Below are positions 1 through 14,867 of a stretch of DNA of 64,000 nucleotides, piece after piece (positions within the stretch are counted from its first letter, which is position 1; each line of letters opens with the position of its first letter). A program made the position numbers and the translations under genes. The notes beneath the pieces are model-generated. The model saw nothing but the letters and a program-made list of their open reading frames with translations, was not told the DNA's origin and did not search any database. The DNA comes from Selaginella moellendorffii (taxonomy: Eukaryota > Plantae > Lycopodiophyta): the NCBI RefSeq assembly GCF_000143415.4, contig NW_003314327.1:458775-522774 (forward strand), in the 5' to 3' direction.

Positions 1-574
1 ATTTTTGACTATTTTGAAATTATATAGCTACTTTAAAATATTTGAGTATATATATAGTGCAAAATTTTAAATTCACAACGAAAATTAAATAAAAAACCAA
101 AAATAGAAAGAACATTAATAAAAACTATATAACTACTTGTGGTTTATGTAACCAAACTTCGAAGTGCATTTGATTTCATTTTTTATTTTCTCTTTTTTAT
201 CAAATTCGTTTCTAAATCATTGAAGTCTTTTTGTTATTACATTTTCCTTTTTTTTTTAATTCTTTCCTAAACCCCAAAACAGACCCTTCTTTTACAACTA
301 TAAAATGGACAAGCAATAATATTAATATCTTCATGGGCAAAATTACGTGTAAGAGATTCTAATCTACAAAACAAATGTTTCAGAAGAGATCTTAATCTAC
401 CATTAAAGTCTCACAAAGCAAATGTTTCTTGGTTGACATGCATTGGGTGGTGATCAAACTGGCTGCACAACATGCGTCTTCGGCAATGGAGAAGTAAAAC
501 CGAGACTCTCGAAATGGTAAGGACTCACAGGTTTTCAACCTGGAAAACAATAAATTATTTACAACAGCCACAAC

Positions 575-3362
575 TAGCTTGTCCTGTTACCGGGTAGTCT
601 TTTAAGTAGCCATGTCCTCCATGCCTCATTTGCAATGTTAAAGCAAGCATCAGTAGCGAACCTGAGAAAGGAACAAGCAAAAATGTTTAGAGCTAAGCAA
701 TGAGCACAACAACCTTTTCGCCATTGCAGCACAAGCCGAGGCTTTCAGCAGCGGCATTTAACAAAGGTGAGCGTCAAAAGCACGAGAAAAGTACTTACGT
801 ATTTCTCTCTCCCAGCTCGCTGCGAAGATCGTTTTAATGCTGCTGTTTGTTGGTTGGAAAGAAAAGTTAATTCGCCGCCAATGATTTTCATCCCAACTGT
901 GCTTGAACAACCCGGGAGTCCAGATGGATGCACTCTCTCACTGACGATCCACTTCAACCATCTGGATGTCATTAGGCGAGAGTAGCACGCCTGGAGTTTG
1001 TTGAGCAAAGACGTCCAGGGTGTCCGGGAACAAACTCGTAGATATACCACCTCCGAGCGATGAGTTCCCGTTTAACAGCAGGCTTTGCCCGTGCGCGAAC
1101 GTCCCATCCACAGCTCCCAATGAATCGGCCTAACAGGAGAGTACACGAGCAAAGTTTAATGCAAAAACAAGTCTTCCACTGCAATGAGGAATCGCTCACC
1201 CAATACAGGTCCAAAGCCGATGAGCGGAGCACGTCCGCGTTTGACGATGAGCGGAACAAATCAAAACTGGATGTGCCTTGCGACGTCCCGAGTAGCGAAC
1301 AAGCGGCAGATTCCTGGACATAAAACGCTGGAGTAAATCAAACACAGAGAGACGCTGGAAGCATGCATACCCGAGCTGGTGGCACAACTCGAATGTGCTC
1401 CTTCGTTTTGAAAGAAAACGCATCGCATGTTTCTTCGCCTCCCCACACCGAAGGCGTCAAAGAATATCGATCGGCGTCCTGCTTGGAGGCGTCATTCAAT
1501 ACAATGAAGCGATCAACCGAAGAAGCTCCCAGTAATTCCTGCAAAAGCCCGCAAGATTTGGAATAAAGAAGTACGTCGAACTGTTAGCTTACCTCATCTC
1601 GCCAAAGCCGCTGGCCGAAGCCATCCGTACTTCTATCATACAACCAGCTACAGCCAGGTACTTGAGAATCCAGTTGAGAATGATCTTCGTGTCTCTCGAT
1701 GACAGTGACTGGCTCCGCACCAGATTTTGAACTCTTTTCACAAACATTTTGGCACCAGCCATACCTGTCCAGCATAGCATGGTGGCAGTGAAGTTAGCAA
1801 CTCCAAACTAAAGAACGCAAAAGAAAAACAGGCATTACCTCAAGCGAAATACTGAAGGTCTTCCTACGACATCGTAAACGTCTGCAGCACACACCACATC
1901 TTTCGAGTTCCAGCTTGTAGAGGAAGGCTGTCGAATGAAAGGATAGAGACGAATATCTCCAGTAGCCACAGAGCAGCGACCCCATTTCTGAGACAAGTGC
2001 TGTAGCACAGAGCTTATGCTTTTCGAGGCCTTGAGTGTCAACTCAAGGTGTGGATTGTGACCCTCCTGTAGCAAACAATATTTGTTAAAAATGGTTGTAA
2101 ACTCAATACTCAAGTTTTTAAGATACCTGCTCCAGTGCTGTTTTAGTCTTGTCGTCAATTGGGAAAAGCTGCAACTTGATTTTCAAAACCGCAGTCTCCA
2201 TTTGAGGAACAGATGTGCTAGACTTCAAGTTAGGCTCAGAGGGCGTGGGCGTTGATACAGAGTTCTGCTTCTCCATATTATTTTCTTCCGGCTTTCCACC
2301 TTCAATGATCTTGCTATTTAGCTCGGATTCAGGGGGCTCCAGACGCTATCTGCATACAAATTTTTATTTAACACACATAAAACCTGCAAACAAGAAGCGT
2401 ACCACTAGCTGCTTTAACTTGAGGCCTCACTGGAGCTCTCGTGGACGATCTTTTCTTGACTTCACCAGCAACAACACTGGCAGGTTTGTCCGTGCTTGTT
2501 GAGGGAGCTTTAACCTTCTTTTTAGCTTTCTTCCTATCCTTCAGACGATGTTGCTCCTAAATTAGACATAAAAATGCATCAGGAGAGTCCACAGTAATGA
2601 ACATACATACCAAAGCAGTCGCAATAGCCTTCAAACGCCGAGGCTTCAAATGAAGCTTAGAAGACGAGCACTTAAACTTCTCCAAAAGCGACCACCTGAA
2701 ACAGAACATTTAAATGTCTCAGACAAATGAGATCCACCTCACCAGCACAACATCGCCGAATCTACATCTTTGGAGTTCCTCGCATCTATCAGAAGATCTG
2801 ATCGCAGGAACTTGTTCATGCGCTTAATCAAGCGATAGTAGTAATGCCGGACCTAAAAGAAGATATAAAGCTAAACAGCATACTTGCATCCAGACAACGC
2901 ACCTGATCCTTATTTTTGCTCACAACTTGAGATGTGATTTTCTCGAAATCCTGCAAATAGTACTCAAAGTTCTTTACATTGGAAAGTGTCACTGCGATAG
3001 TACCTTGCCAACTTGTCGTAACGCGGAAAAAAACTTTTCCTCTTCTTCATGAGTCCACGCTGCCCATTGCCTCGTCCTTTTTCCTGAAAGAACAAAGATA
3101 AAGAGTCAAAATGTCCGGTCCATGTAAAAAAACCAAGAACTAGAACTAGAACAACAAAAAAAAACCCGGCATCGCAAGAAAAGACGGTGCCTTACATGAA
3201 ATACAGCGGCAATCTTCTCTGTTTCTTGGCAAAAACTGAGATTCAACAAGAGTAGAGCTAAATTCTGCCGAGCTAGGACTCCATACCTGATTCGACTGGC
3301 TCCTGCTGCTCCCGAGTAGTGTCTTGGCTCAGAGCCGGCGAAGAATCCGTGGTCTCCAGCAT
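575..3362 (-). CDS. TKI1: TSL-kinase interacting protein 1-like SANT/Myb-domain protein (multi-exon; 3' end approximate)
   Basis: Spliced minus-strand exons at 2800-3085 read RTRQWAAWTHEEEESFFSALRQVGK|DFEKITSQVVSKNKDQ|VRHYYYRLIKRMNKFL, the plant TKI1 SANT signature. Later exons give GHNPHLELTLKASKSISSVLQHLSQKWG and FRLRYGW. ATG at 3362 (MLETTDSSP). Confidence 0.85.
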
Positions 3363-3735
3363 GAATATCGTAGCCGCATCAACGAAGATCCCCCCGCACA
3401 GTGCTCTACCCTAGAAAATCGACTGAGACCCTGGATTTCCAAGCCTGGAAGCTACGCGATCCCTGAGTCCCTGCGAGCGCCTAGATCCAGCCTCCGGCTC
3501 CTCCACGAATGACCTAAAACAACGAGAGAGGGAAAGAGTTTGGGCGGGCTTTTGGACGGGCCGGTTTTCTTGGTACTTTTTGAAAAGGCAAAGCCAGATT
3601 GTATGCCAGCTAAGCAGAGCTACACTGCCACGTCTGCATAATATCCAACCTGGTATCTCACGTGGAGATTGAAGTGGTTTTTGCGTGGCACAATCGCAGC
3701 CGTTGAAGGTTGAGTGCTTAAACCCTAATCTCGAA

Positions 3736-4883
3736 ATGGGGAGTATCATGAGGGCGTCAATCGCGCGCCTTGCGAATGCGCTTGGATCCGGCGGAGCGCT
3801 CGCCGGTAGGATGATTCGCGAAGAGCAGTCCGTGCGGCACGACCAGGCGAGATTCTTTTGGTCGATTTCAAGAGTAAGTTTTCCAATATCATGATCTGCA
3901 GGCCTAAATTCTTTATCCCAATTGTACCAGGCGATCAGCAGGGGTGATCGCAAAGCTGCGAATCTCAAGGAGCGAGCCAAGATGTACGTGAATTCCTCCC
4001 TGCATTTCTTCTTTCTTTGCAAAGGAATTTTTGACGCGGTGTCCTACATTTCCATTCTTTAGTGCAGAATGGAGGATATCGATCAAGGCTATTTCTTTGA
4101 CTTCAAGGACTTCAAGAAACACAGTGGAAAGGTATGCATTCTCTTTTTTTAATTTTTATTTTTGTTCTTGAGCTTTGTTCTTGCTTCTTTCTTTTTTCTC
4201 CCAGGTAGTAGCGACGAGCACAGCGCTAGACCCTCCAGCATCAGCGACCATCTTTCCAAAGTCGACAGTCTACACTCCAACGAGGGAGTCATCTATCTTT
4301 CCATTGAACAAAAACTCTTGCGTTACGTTGGTGTGCTTGTCATTCCGAAACAGTGCCGAGGTATGCATCGTAGAAAACAAAATCCAAAACTGAAGCTTCG
4401 CTTCTTTTCGCAGGCAATGGTGGATTCCTGGGTCTCGCCACTTCGAGAAGCTTTCCCTTCCACGAGTGACATCCAAGTCATTGAGGTCGGGTCGATTTTC
4501 ACGACTATAAACATTCTAACGTTTCTAGTTTCATTGCAGCTTTCATGGGTGGAATCCGGAGTTTTATCCTTCGTCCCGGTGAGGCACTTGTTTCTCATGT
4601 GCATAAACTCGTCCAAATCGTGCACGAAGGCTGACAGGAAGCTACTCTACGCATTTGGTGATTCTTACGACTTCAGGAAAGACCTACGCGTTACGAATCG
4701 ATTAACTGGGTAAGCGAAAGAACTGTCATTCTCGAGACAAATCTGTGACTTTGTGTTCTTCCCAGGTATATGTTTCTGGTCGATCGCGCTGGTCGCATAA
4801 GATGGAGATCTAGTGGACAAGCCTCACCTGAGGAAGCCTCCCATCTGGTATCGTGCACGGCAAGTTTGCTACAAGAATCATAG
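3736..4883 (+). CDS. ATP10: Mitochondrial ATP synthase assembly factor ATP10-like (multi-exon)
   Basis: Exons give DQGYFFDFKDFKKHSGK|VVATSTALDPPASATIFP, TLVCLSFRNSAE|AMVDSWVSP, LYAFGDSYDFRKDLRVTNRLTG|YMFLVDRAGRIRWRSSGQASPEE, matching plant ATP10. The Arg/Ala-rich N-terminus resembles a mitochondrial presequence. Confidence 0.85.
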
Positions 4884-4998
4884 CTTGGAACAATTTGAGC
4901 TTGGAGCTTATTCGAAGAAAGAACTTTCATTGGATTTACTCGGGCTGAATAGAAGTTAGTCCCTCAAGCAAAAAACGAAGAGCAACACTGCTGAAAGT

Positions 4999-6183
<1,185 letters not shown>

Positions 6184-6249
6184 CTAGGTAGAGCAAGTAG
6201 AGGAAAAAGAGACTAGAAATTAGGGTTCTTGGCAAGAGAGGTTTCTTCA

Positions 6250-9200
6250 TTATTTAACCAGCTTTGCCAGTCGCTCATCCATGCTCGAGAGTTGGCCCAT
6301 GAGACTGTCAATAACGCTGTTTGTTTCGTCTTCTCGTGGTTTCTCTCGTTCGTCCGGGTTGGTCTCCCGAGGAAATGACGTCTCGTCCTAGAAAAAAACA
6401 TTATAGAAGGCAAGAACATCGAGTAGAGTTTTCTCCTCAATCTTTGACATACCTCGCACATTTTGAAAAAGAAGGAGCCGTGCTCGCTGGCTGCGAGAGC
6501 TTGGGAATCGTCATACTCTCGAATGAGAAACCTGTCGGATTTTCTTCGAGTGTCAGCTGATAAGCTCTGAGAAAAAATGGAAGCAAACCTTATGTCTCCA
6601 CAGTTAACACCATGCCTCCGCTTGATATACTCTTCCATCGTGGACCAGGTGGACCGGACGAGCTTGTCAAACTTGCCTCCCCACTGAAACTCGCTCATAC
6701 CGTGAACGTTGCGTATGACATCAGCTAGAAAATAGGCACAACAAACTCAGTTCAGCGCTCGGAAAGGCGAAGTTTTCTTTCCATTACCCATGAGTGTTTG
6801 TGCAAACTCGTCTTGGTGGCTCTGAGAATGCGAATAGTGGCCGATGCAATAGAGTTTGTAGCCTTGCCAGAAATCCCGAGGTCTGCCAAAAGAAAAAATT
6901 CAAAAGAATGGGACGCGAGCTTTGAAAACGCTACAAACCTGAAGTTTACGTCATCCAAAACTTCCAGCAATTTCTTAAGGGAGACATCGTCTTCATCAAA
7001 AAGCTGCAATGCCATCTTCGTTAGAGTATTGCACACATGTTGTAACTTACTGAGTCAAGCTCAAAACTGATGCTTGGAGGGGGATTTAAAACTGCTAGAC
7101 CAGCGGTGCTATCAATGCTGTCCTTAGAGTCATCGCTGGAACAGCCTGCTTCTGAACACCCAAGCAAGGCCTTTTTCATGTCCTCGGAGCTCCTAAACGT
7201 ATTCGGATTTCTGTAAACGAAGATTCCTGAGTAATAAAATCAAATGTAAACGTATACCTTCGAAGGGGCTCAAGGAGCTCTTCCCACAGAGAATTTCTTT
7301 GTAAGTTGGATGCACTTCCAATTATGAAAAGATGATGTCTAGCTCGAGTAAGAGCAACATTTAGCCTCTGCTTGGATGCCAGAAATCCCAAACCAGCCGT
7401 CCGGCAACAAGATCTGTCACAGCTAGATAAAAACAAGTTTCCGCGAAGTTAAACTTACAGGATGATCACGTCTTTCTCTAGGCCTTGAAATGCGTCAACT
7501 GTTGACACTTTAACATTTTCCACTTCACTATGAGCGGTTTCTTTCTTCCTTCCAAAACCAGGACACGCATCTTTGGGGTACAGCATTTGACGTATCAAAC
7601 TTTCCTGCAGAAGATAAATGAGTAAATTAAACTGGCAACCATGCTAACAACCTGTGATTTGTACAGAGCGATCACTCCAATTTGTGACCCCGAAATCGTC
7701 TTCGAAATTAGAAGTTTGACAAAGGAACACACCGTCTCTGCTTCATAAGGATTTGAATAGCTTCCTGTCAAGAAATCCTTCTTTTCTTTTCCTTCCTTGC
7801 ATGTGTCGCAGAACACCAAAGGTGGTATACTAAGAAGCAAAGCCGATCGCTCCATCTCACTAAAACCACAACACACGAGCACTTAAAACATAGATACAAA
7901 CGTCATACATGAAGTACCTGCACCCGTCGACAAGTCGTCCTTCGTAAAACAAACGATTGGGGACTCTTGATAATCTGCTGCCATTATTTAGTCGATTGAA
8001 AACTTGAAGTGAATATTATCAACCTTGGATGACAACGATACTGCGTCTGAAGGGGTACAGGACGGTGTCCAAGAGCCGCTAACCTTTCAAAGAGAGTCCT
8101 ATAGAAAACAAACAGGAACCTTTAACAATAGCAAAAAGAAAGATAAAATGACACCTTGAAAGATCTGCAGACTTCGCAAAACTGTTTGTTTCAGTTGGTG
8201 AAAGAACTGGAGGAAGTTGCTGTGGATCACCGACAGCGACAAGTCTTAAACGTAAAGAATATCGTCAGTCTTAAGTGTAAAGAATATAGTTCGACGAACC
8301 ACCTTTCACATCGAAATTGGGATATAGGTAACAAACTCAATGGCTCCACTATTTGCGAACATTCATCCAGAAAACACATCTTGAAAGATTTTTCAAAATT
8401 CAATAACGAGAACAGAAAGAATATGACGCAGTACCTTGAACGTATTGCCATGCAAAACCTCATTGATTGTAGAACAGCAAGTGACCCCAACAGCGCGTAC
8501 TTTTTGTAACCTCGTCTTGCGGTGATTTAGTTTTCCATCTTTTATTGCTTTCAGCTCGTTTTCAATCCTCTGTAAGGTGCGAAGTTAGAAGTTGCAATCG
8601 GCACGACGAGGATTACCATACCGCTCTCTCCTTTCCAACTGCATCTTTCAACAGCCCTTTTAAGTCTTTTTCGGCATCATCTTCCTCCTTGCAGTTTTTT
8701 GAGGCTGCGTGCACAGAATAGCTACACAAACTGTCAGGCAGAAATAAAATCGTAACAGTGTTCTTACGGAAGAATATTGCTAGCAATTTTGCCAAGAGAA
8801 CCCACGCGTAGAAAGTCATCAAAACCATGCTCTAAGAGCCCTGTTAACACCCTGAAATCTTATAGTCAGGCCTGTACCCAACCATCTCTAAAACTACCTG
8901 TCAACGGCGCTATTAGTTGCACTTGCAATGATAAACCTGGTAGAGAAGTCATTTTGTTTCTGCATTGATAATGTTAGGCAGTGTAGAAAACTTGAATACT
9001 GAAGTAGTTTACGTTCAAAATCTCTGAAAGAAAAATAACCAACGCCACGAGAAGGTGACCTGGAAAGAGACTTGTCAAATCTCAAAACTACAGAGAGACG
9101 GTAAGCTTACTTTTTCCCGATCCAAATGGTCCATGTACGAGACAGACACGGGGCATAGTGATATCTTCCGATGTAAACCATCCGCCCACTGTAAACAAAA

Positions 9201-11196
9201 CTTTTGCCTAGAATATTTGTCTCGGTGTGAAAGGTAGCCACGAGAATAGAGTGACTACCTGGTCACTGTTCAGGTTGTATTTAAAGATTGCCTCTTTAGC
9301 TACGCGGTCCATACTCGTCGGAATTACAGCCTGTCTAGGCACATACGTATCCGATCCCATAAGAAGAGGTAACAACGGCGTACTGGAGGATTGGATCTTT
9401 CTAAAAGCAGCACGTTATAAATTAGAAGAAACACGTAAACAGGACGTTACCTTATACAATCGAGCATCGTCAGCTCCGATTGAAGACTAGGCCCTTGTAA
9501 GACATATATTTTCTTTCCTTCTCTTATTGGTACTGGTTGTCCATGTAGTCGTAACTGCGAACAATATCAGCTCTTCAATTATCATGTCGATATACCACGT
9601 TTTCTTCTTTTTCCATTTTTACCTCTACGGCTGCATTCCTAGAAGAGCCAAACGATTCACTTGTAGCCACAACAGTGAACTCCTCGCTTCAGAAAAACCA
9701 TTCAGTGCCTTGCCGTTTGTCACAATTACGATACCTGTTTTTCTCCGGGAAGTTTGAACTGGAACTAATGACCATCAAATCTCCCCTGCAAAATAGACTT
9801 ATTAGTAGCCGTCAACAGGTAGCAATGATGATATATACTTCGCATAGTTCAAGGGAACAGTTCTTCCCAAATGGATGTTTATGTATCCGGGCCTTGAAGA
9901 TCTGAAAAGCAAAAGAATTAAGTCAGACTAAATTCGACAGTCATACCTTCTCACTAGGTGACAGTGCGCATAGAGGTTAATGTCATAAGAAGCATAAAGT
10001 CTTTCGAGTTCGTCGGCAGATAGTTGGGCGCTCTTACCACCTACAAAGAAAAGTGAGGCTATGAACACCAGCCATGACACTTACTTGCAGTGTCTGCCCA
10101 GGACTTCATACAAGGCGGATTCCTTGAACAAGTATAAAACCAACGCCCTTTAAAGTCTCCATCCTAAGACGAGAACACAGAAGAAGCTTTAAGACAACCT
10201 GCAAGCAAATACCTCGTCATTTCGGCGTAGCTCGCACTCTCCGTGGCTGCAAGAGGGCTTAATAGCAGCTTGGATCTTTTCTTTTGCAGAGTTGAAACGC
10301 CTGGCAAAGTCGGAAATCTGATATAGTAGTTAGTGAAACTACATGTTGTTAAGTTGAAGCACTTACCATCAGGGAAATCTCTTCGATCAGTGCTGAAGAC
10401 ATAACTTCCTTGTACTCGGAGCAATCCTTGAACTTGTCTGGAATGGCGACGTTTCTTTGTAACTGTCCAGCAGCTTGGAAGTAAAACTGAACTGGAGGAG
10501 TGACATCGGGCACAATGTTTAGCCTGCATACATTTTCTGTAAATACAATACAAAAGGAATCAAATAAATTCACCGACCTCAAACACAAAGACGCGTTTTT
10601 CCCATTCTCGTCGCAAACAAAAACTTGGGAGGCTTGCGCATTCTGAGAGCTCCTTTGTTGAGAAAATCCATTTGGCATTCGGAGTCTATCAAGAATCTGA
10701 TTGGCTGCATTGATGTTGTCAGCGAGGAAAAAATTCGAATCAAAATAGCTAAGGAGCATACTTGTTCTTCGTTCGATGCTCGGCTTTAGTTTCTTCTTGA
10801 GCGGGAAGTAGAGAGCCTTGGTTTTTGTCTGAGACAAATCCTCCTCCTCTGCAGCCAAATCTTTTTTCGTGGAGCTCGATCCGCCGGTAGCATCGGTACC
10901 ACCAACCCGACTATCCACTTGCACGATGTATCGATCAAACTCTAGGTCGCTCCCTTGCATCACAACATCCCTTTGCCCTCTAAATTTCTCGTCCAGCGGA
11001 TTTTCTCCTTCATCCAGCAGCACGAGCTGATCAAGCGCGCGGCAATCAATGAGCCATTGCTCCAAAAAAAAATAAAGAAGCGATCGAAGGAAGAACAACG
11101 CACCTTGTTCGCCTTAACGAGAAGGAATCCATCCTGGAAGCTTTTGTTCTTCTTGGCGGTGCGCTTCGCGTATAGAGCTGCCCATTTCCCTTCCAT
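6250..11196 (-). CDS. ZGRF1: ZGRF1-like protein: N-terminal DUF2439-like domain plus UPF1/DNA2-type SF1 helicase (many short exons)
   Basis: N-terminus MEGKWAALYAKRTAKKNKSFQDGFL...LVLLDE. Walker A VCLVHGPFGSGK (~9115-9150), IASATNSAVDR, FLRVGSLGKIA, FLDECSQIVEPLSLLP, QIGVIALYKSQ, VSTVDAFQGLEKDVII, RLNVALTRARHHL. Confidence 0.8.
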
Positions 11197-11893
11197 CTCC
11201 CCTATCAAGCCCTAACAAAACCCCTAAAAATGCAGAATTTTCGGCGGGAAAATTAAAATTATAAAATGCAAACCAAAGAACTTCTATCAAAGGGGAGATT
11301 TTCGTTTTCTTCGTCACTAGAACGAAGAGCGACGATGTCAGCGCACATTCTTCTCGGAAGGTACAAATTCGTGAAGAGTTTTTTCTCTTCTTCTTTACGT
11401 TTTCGAATCTGGGGGCTATGGATTGAAGTAAAGCTCGACTTGTATCACTACAGAGTGGCTTCTTTTGTTTATCGAGACTTCACGGGCTGGAGTGCTCTCT
11501 GGTTGTTCCTCTGGGAGTACAGGAAATAGAACACGGCAAGACTGAATCGAGCCGAAGCTCAGAGTTTTGTTCTCTTCCTCGGGTGAAAAGAAACGCACTG
11601 ATGATGCTTTCTGTTGGACCTTTTTTTTTTTGTACAGAAACTCGAAGTGCCTTGATCCCAGAGGAGACGCTCATTTGATCAAGTCAAGGTAACTACTCGA
11701 CGAACTCATTCTATAAAGAGCTCGCAAAATGAAGCCTGTTACATTGCAACATATATGGTTGTTTGGTTCATTGTTTGCATAATTCAAATGCAATACTGCA
11801 TATTGTTTGCTTTCCACGCGGTTGCTTGCTCTCAAGTGGATGACTGCAGCAAACGTTTCGATTTTATTGCTTTATCTTTATGCTGTTTGAGCA

Positions 11894-14235
11894 GAAGGCG
11901 ATTCATATTGTCTATCTCGGAGATTTGGACGCGACTCTTCACTGCGGTCCCAATGTTGTCACCGACTCGCATTACCAGCTGCTAGAAAAAATCCTCGGAA
12001 GGTAAAATCTTCATTCTCGGAGACGTTCCATAACAGCTTTTTGATTTTGCTGGAATTTATGCAGCTCTGAAGCTGCAAAGGCGTCTTTGACTTACAGCTA
12101 TCGCCATGGATTCAATGGCTTTGCTGCGTCACTTAGAAGCGAAGAAGCCGCCCGCATCTCTCATAAGCTCCACGTCAAAATTGCTAAGTTCGCGTTTTGA
12201 TATGGCCAATGTTATATCCGTCTTTCCGAGTCAGACACACAAACTGCACACGACCAATTCCTGAAGCTTTTTGGGCTTTGAGGAGGACGGTGGCAAGAAT
12301 GCCCAGTCGCTATATGGTGACTACGAAAGCCAGTCATTGCGGAGAAAGGCAAGATACGGTGACGACATTATAATCGGAATGCTTGATTCCGGTACGTGGT
12401 TTGCGACTGGCCACTGGACACACACAACGTCCACAGCCGCGGGCCGGTTTGTGGAAAACGCGAGCTGGTCCGGGTGCGCAGCGGCGCACCAAACTCTCGC
12501 ATTGCAGCGTACAAAGTTTACTGGGGCGAAAAATGTCCAAGCGAGAGCGTGTTGACGCGGGAATACACGACGGCGTGGATGTTTCTCAGTCTCGCTTGGC
12601 AGATCATTTTCCAGCCACTACATCTCGGATCCCATCGCCATCGGTTCCTTCCATGCAATGCAGAGAGGCATCATTGCGGCAGGGAATGAGTATTTCCCCG
12701 GCACTGAAACAAATGCGCCACCTTGGATCGTCACCGTCGCCGCCAGCACCATCTCTCGCAGTTTTACGTCGCGAATCTCTCTCGGCAACAACCAGAGCTT
12801 TGCAGTGAGTAAACCTTTGGTTCTACCTTCTTTTCCTTGTTCTTTGTGTAGGCTTCACTTCTTTTTTTTCTTATGCTTTGATATTATAGGGCTTGAGCCT
12901 GACAAGCGATGGTATCCTCTTTTGTCGAGTCTGGACGTTGGCATTCCCAACTCAAGCTTTAGTACAAGGTACGTATTCCAATGCTTGACAAAGTATTGAG
13001 ACACTGTTTACACTGCAGTGCGCTAGAGGAATGTGTGTCGGGATCCTTGGATTCAACACTAAACCCACACCAGTGATGGGATTATTCTCTTCGCAGGGCC
13101 CCAACCGACATTCTCAAGGTATGTAATTTGCATGATTTATTGATTTATTTATCTATTCTTTTTTCTTCTAGCCTGATATGGTGGCTGCTTTGGCAAACAA
13201 TACGCAATATGGTATTATGAACTTCCATGTCTTTTCCGCGTGTCTCCGGGATCGATGCACTCCTCAAGGCATACCGTCCCAAATGTAATCCAGCGGCTAT
13301 TGAAGAGGTGTGAAAACTCCTTTCGCTGGAAATTTATTGTTAGTAAGAAAACAAAAGAGAAAAGGGCTCAATCTCCAAGGGCAGAGAAGAAGCAAGAGTA
13401 AAAGAATGTTGTGTATTGATAAAAAAAACGATGGAATGGAGATAAAAATCCATAATTCAGATTCCCCCTTTTGAAAGGCTAGCAGTTCTAAGTGCTAGCA
13501 TATACTATATGTTGTGCATGATTTAATCTATGGCTCTAATGTAGCCCTGGGTTCAAAGTCAGAGTCCCTTGAGCCTGGGTTTTAGGTTAATACAGCTATC
13601 AACTCAACAATCGTAACTATGTGCTTTCCAGAAGAAAACAATCGATTCTTTTCTCTTGTTTTGCAACAGGTTTTGTCACTGATAACTCTGGAGAGCCGAT
13701 CAAAGACACAGCATTGCTCCCCACCACCCCTTTCAACTTCGGTGGAGGCCACGTCAATCCAAACGCGGCTGCTCACCTGGGCCTCGTCTACGATAGGCGC
13801 CCGACTTCACGGAATTTCTGTGTGGATTGAGGCAGGAAAGACGAAACCGCAACGGTATGTATATCACAAAGTTTTCAGAGCAAGCCATCTTCTCCACAAA
13901 TTTACAAAGATCATCTAAAGTGCTCATGAACTGCGTTGATGTCTCCACTTTCGCGAACTTGAAACATACGACGACGCATCCCTCCATCGCGATCTCTTCT
14001 CTCAAAGGCAAGAGAACCATCCACCGGCGAGTGACAAACGTAGACGACGACGCTACCACGTACCGAGCAAGCGTGGAGTCTCCGGACGGTGTTTTGGTAT
14101 CGGTGGTTCCTCCACTTCTAGAATTCGAGCGTAGAGGAGAGACAATAATAGCTTTTAAAGTTCCTCCATGCAGTCAAAGCCAACCAAAGCTGCGCTTTTG
14201 GAGCTCTCGCTTGGAGCAATGGAAAGTACAGCCCA
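11894..14235 (+). pseudogene. Subtilisin-like serine protease (S8A, I9 propeptide) pseudogene, tandem copy 1
   Basis: I9 remnant (YSYRHGFNGFAA), IIIGMLDSG, APWIVTVAASTI, FNFGGGHVNP, RRVTNV. In-frame TGA at ~12262, large deletions relative to copy 2, and a solo-LTR insertion. Confidence 0.85.
13301..13594 (-). mobile_element. Solo LTR (294 bp) inserted in subtilase copy 1
   Basis: Absent from paralogous copy 2 (compare ~16940). TG...CA termini (minus strand TGTATT...TCTTCA). 5-bp target-site duplication GCTAT at 13296-13300 and 13595-13599. Strand is tentative. Confidence 0.85.
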
Positions 14236-14867
14236 ATGGCTGTGCGGATAGAGAGCTAGCGATATAGGAGGGTTTATGGCTAGAGATTTCTAGGGTTTAT
14301 CAAAGGCGATTTACGTTTTCTCGAAGAGCGACGTTGTCAACGCACATTCGTGAAGAGATTTTTCTCTTCTTTGTTTCTTTTTCGAATCTGGGGGCAATGG
14401 ATTGAAGAATGTATCACTATAGAGTGGCTTCTTTGTCAAGAAAGCTATCGGAGTGCTCTGGTTATTCCTGGGAGTACCGAAGTAGCCAAATACGGCAAGA
14501 CTGAATCAACCCAAAGCTCAGAGTTTTGTTCTCTTCCCCAGGTGAAAAGAAACGCATTGATGATGCACTGATCATTAGCCAACCTTGACATTTTGAGATT
14601 TCTGGTGATGGTTTTGTACAGAAACTCGAAAATCCTTGGTCCAGTTTCCAGACGAGACGCTGATTTGATCAAGTCAAGGGGGTAACTAATCGACGAATTC
14701 CATTCATTCTGTAAGAGCTCCATAGATGAAGCCTGTTGCATTGCAACATATATGGCTGTTTGGTTCACCTTTTGCATGTCGCTTGCTTTCCTCGTGGTTG
14801 CTTGCTCTCAGGTGGATGACTGCATTAAAGTTCTCGATTTTCTTGCTTGACAATATGATATTTGAGC

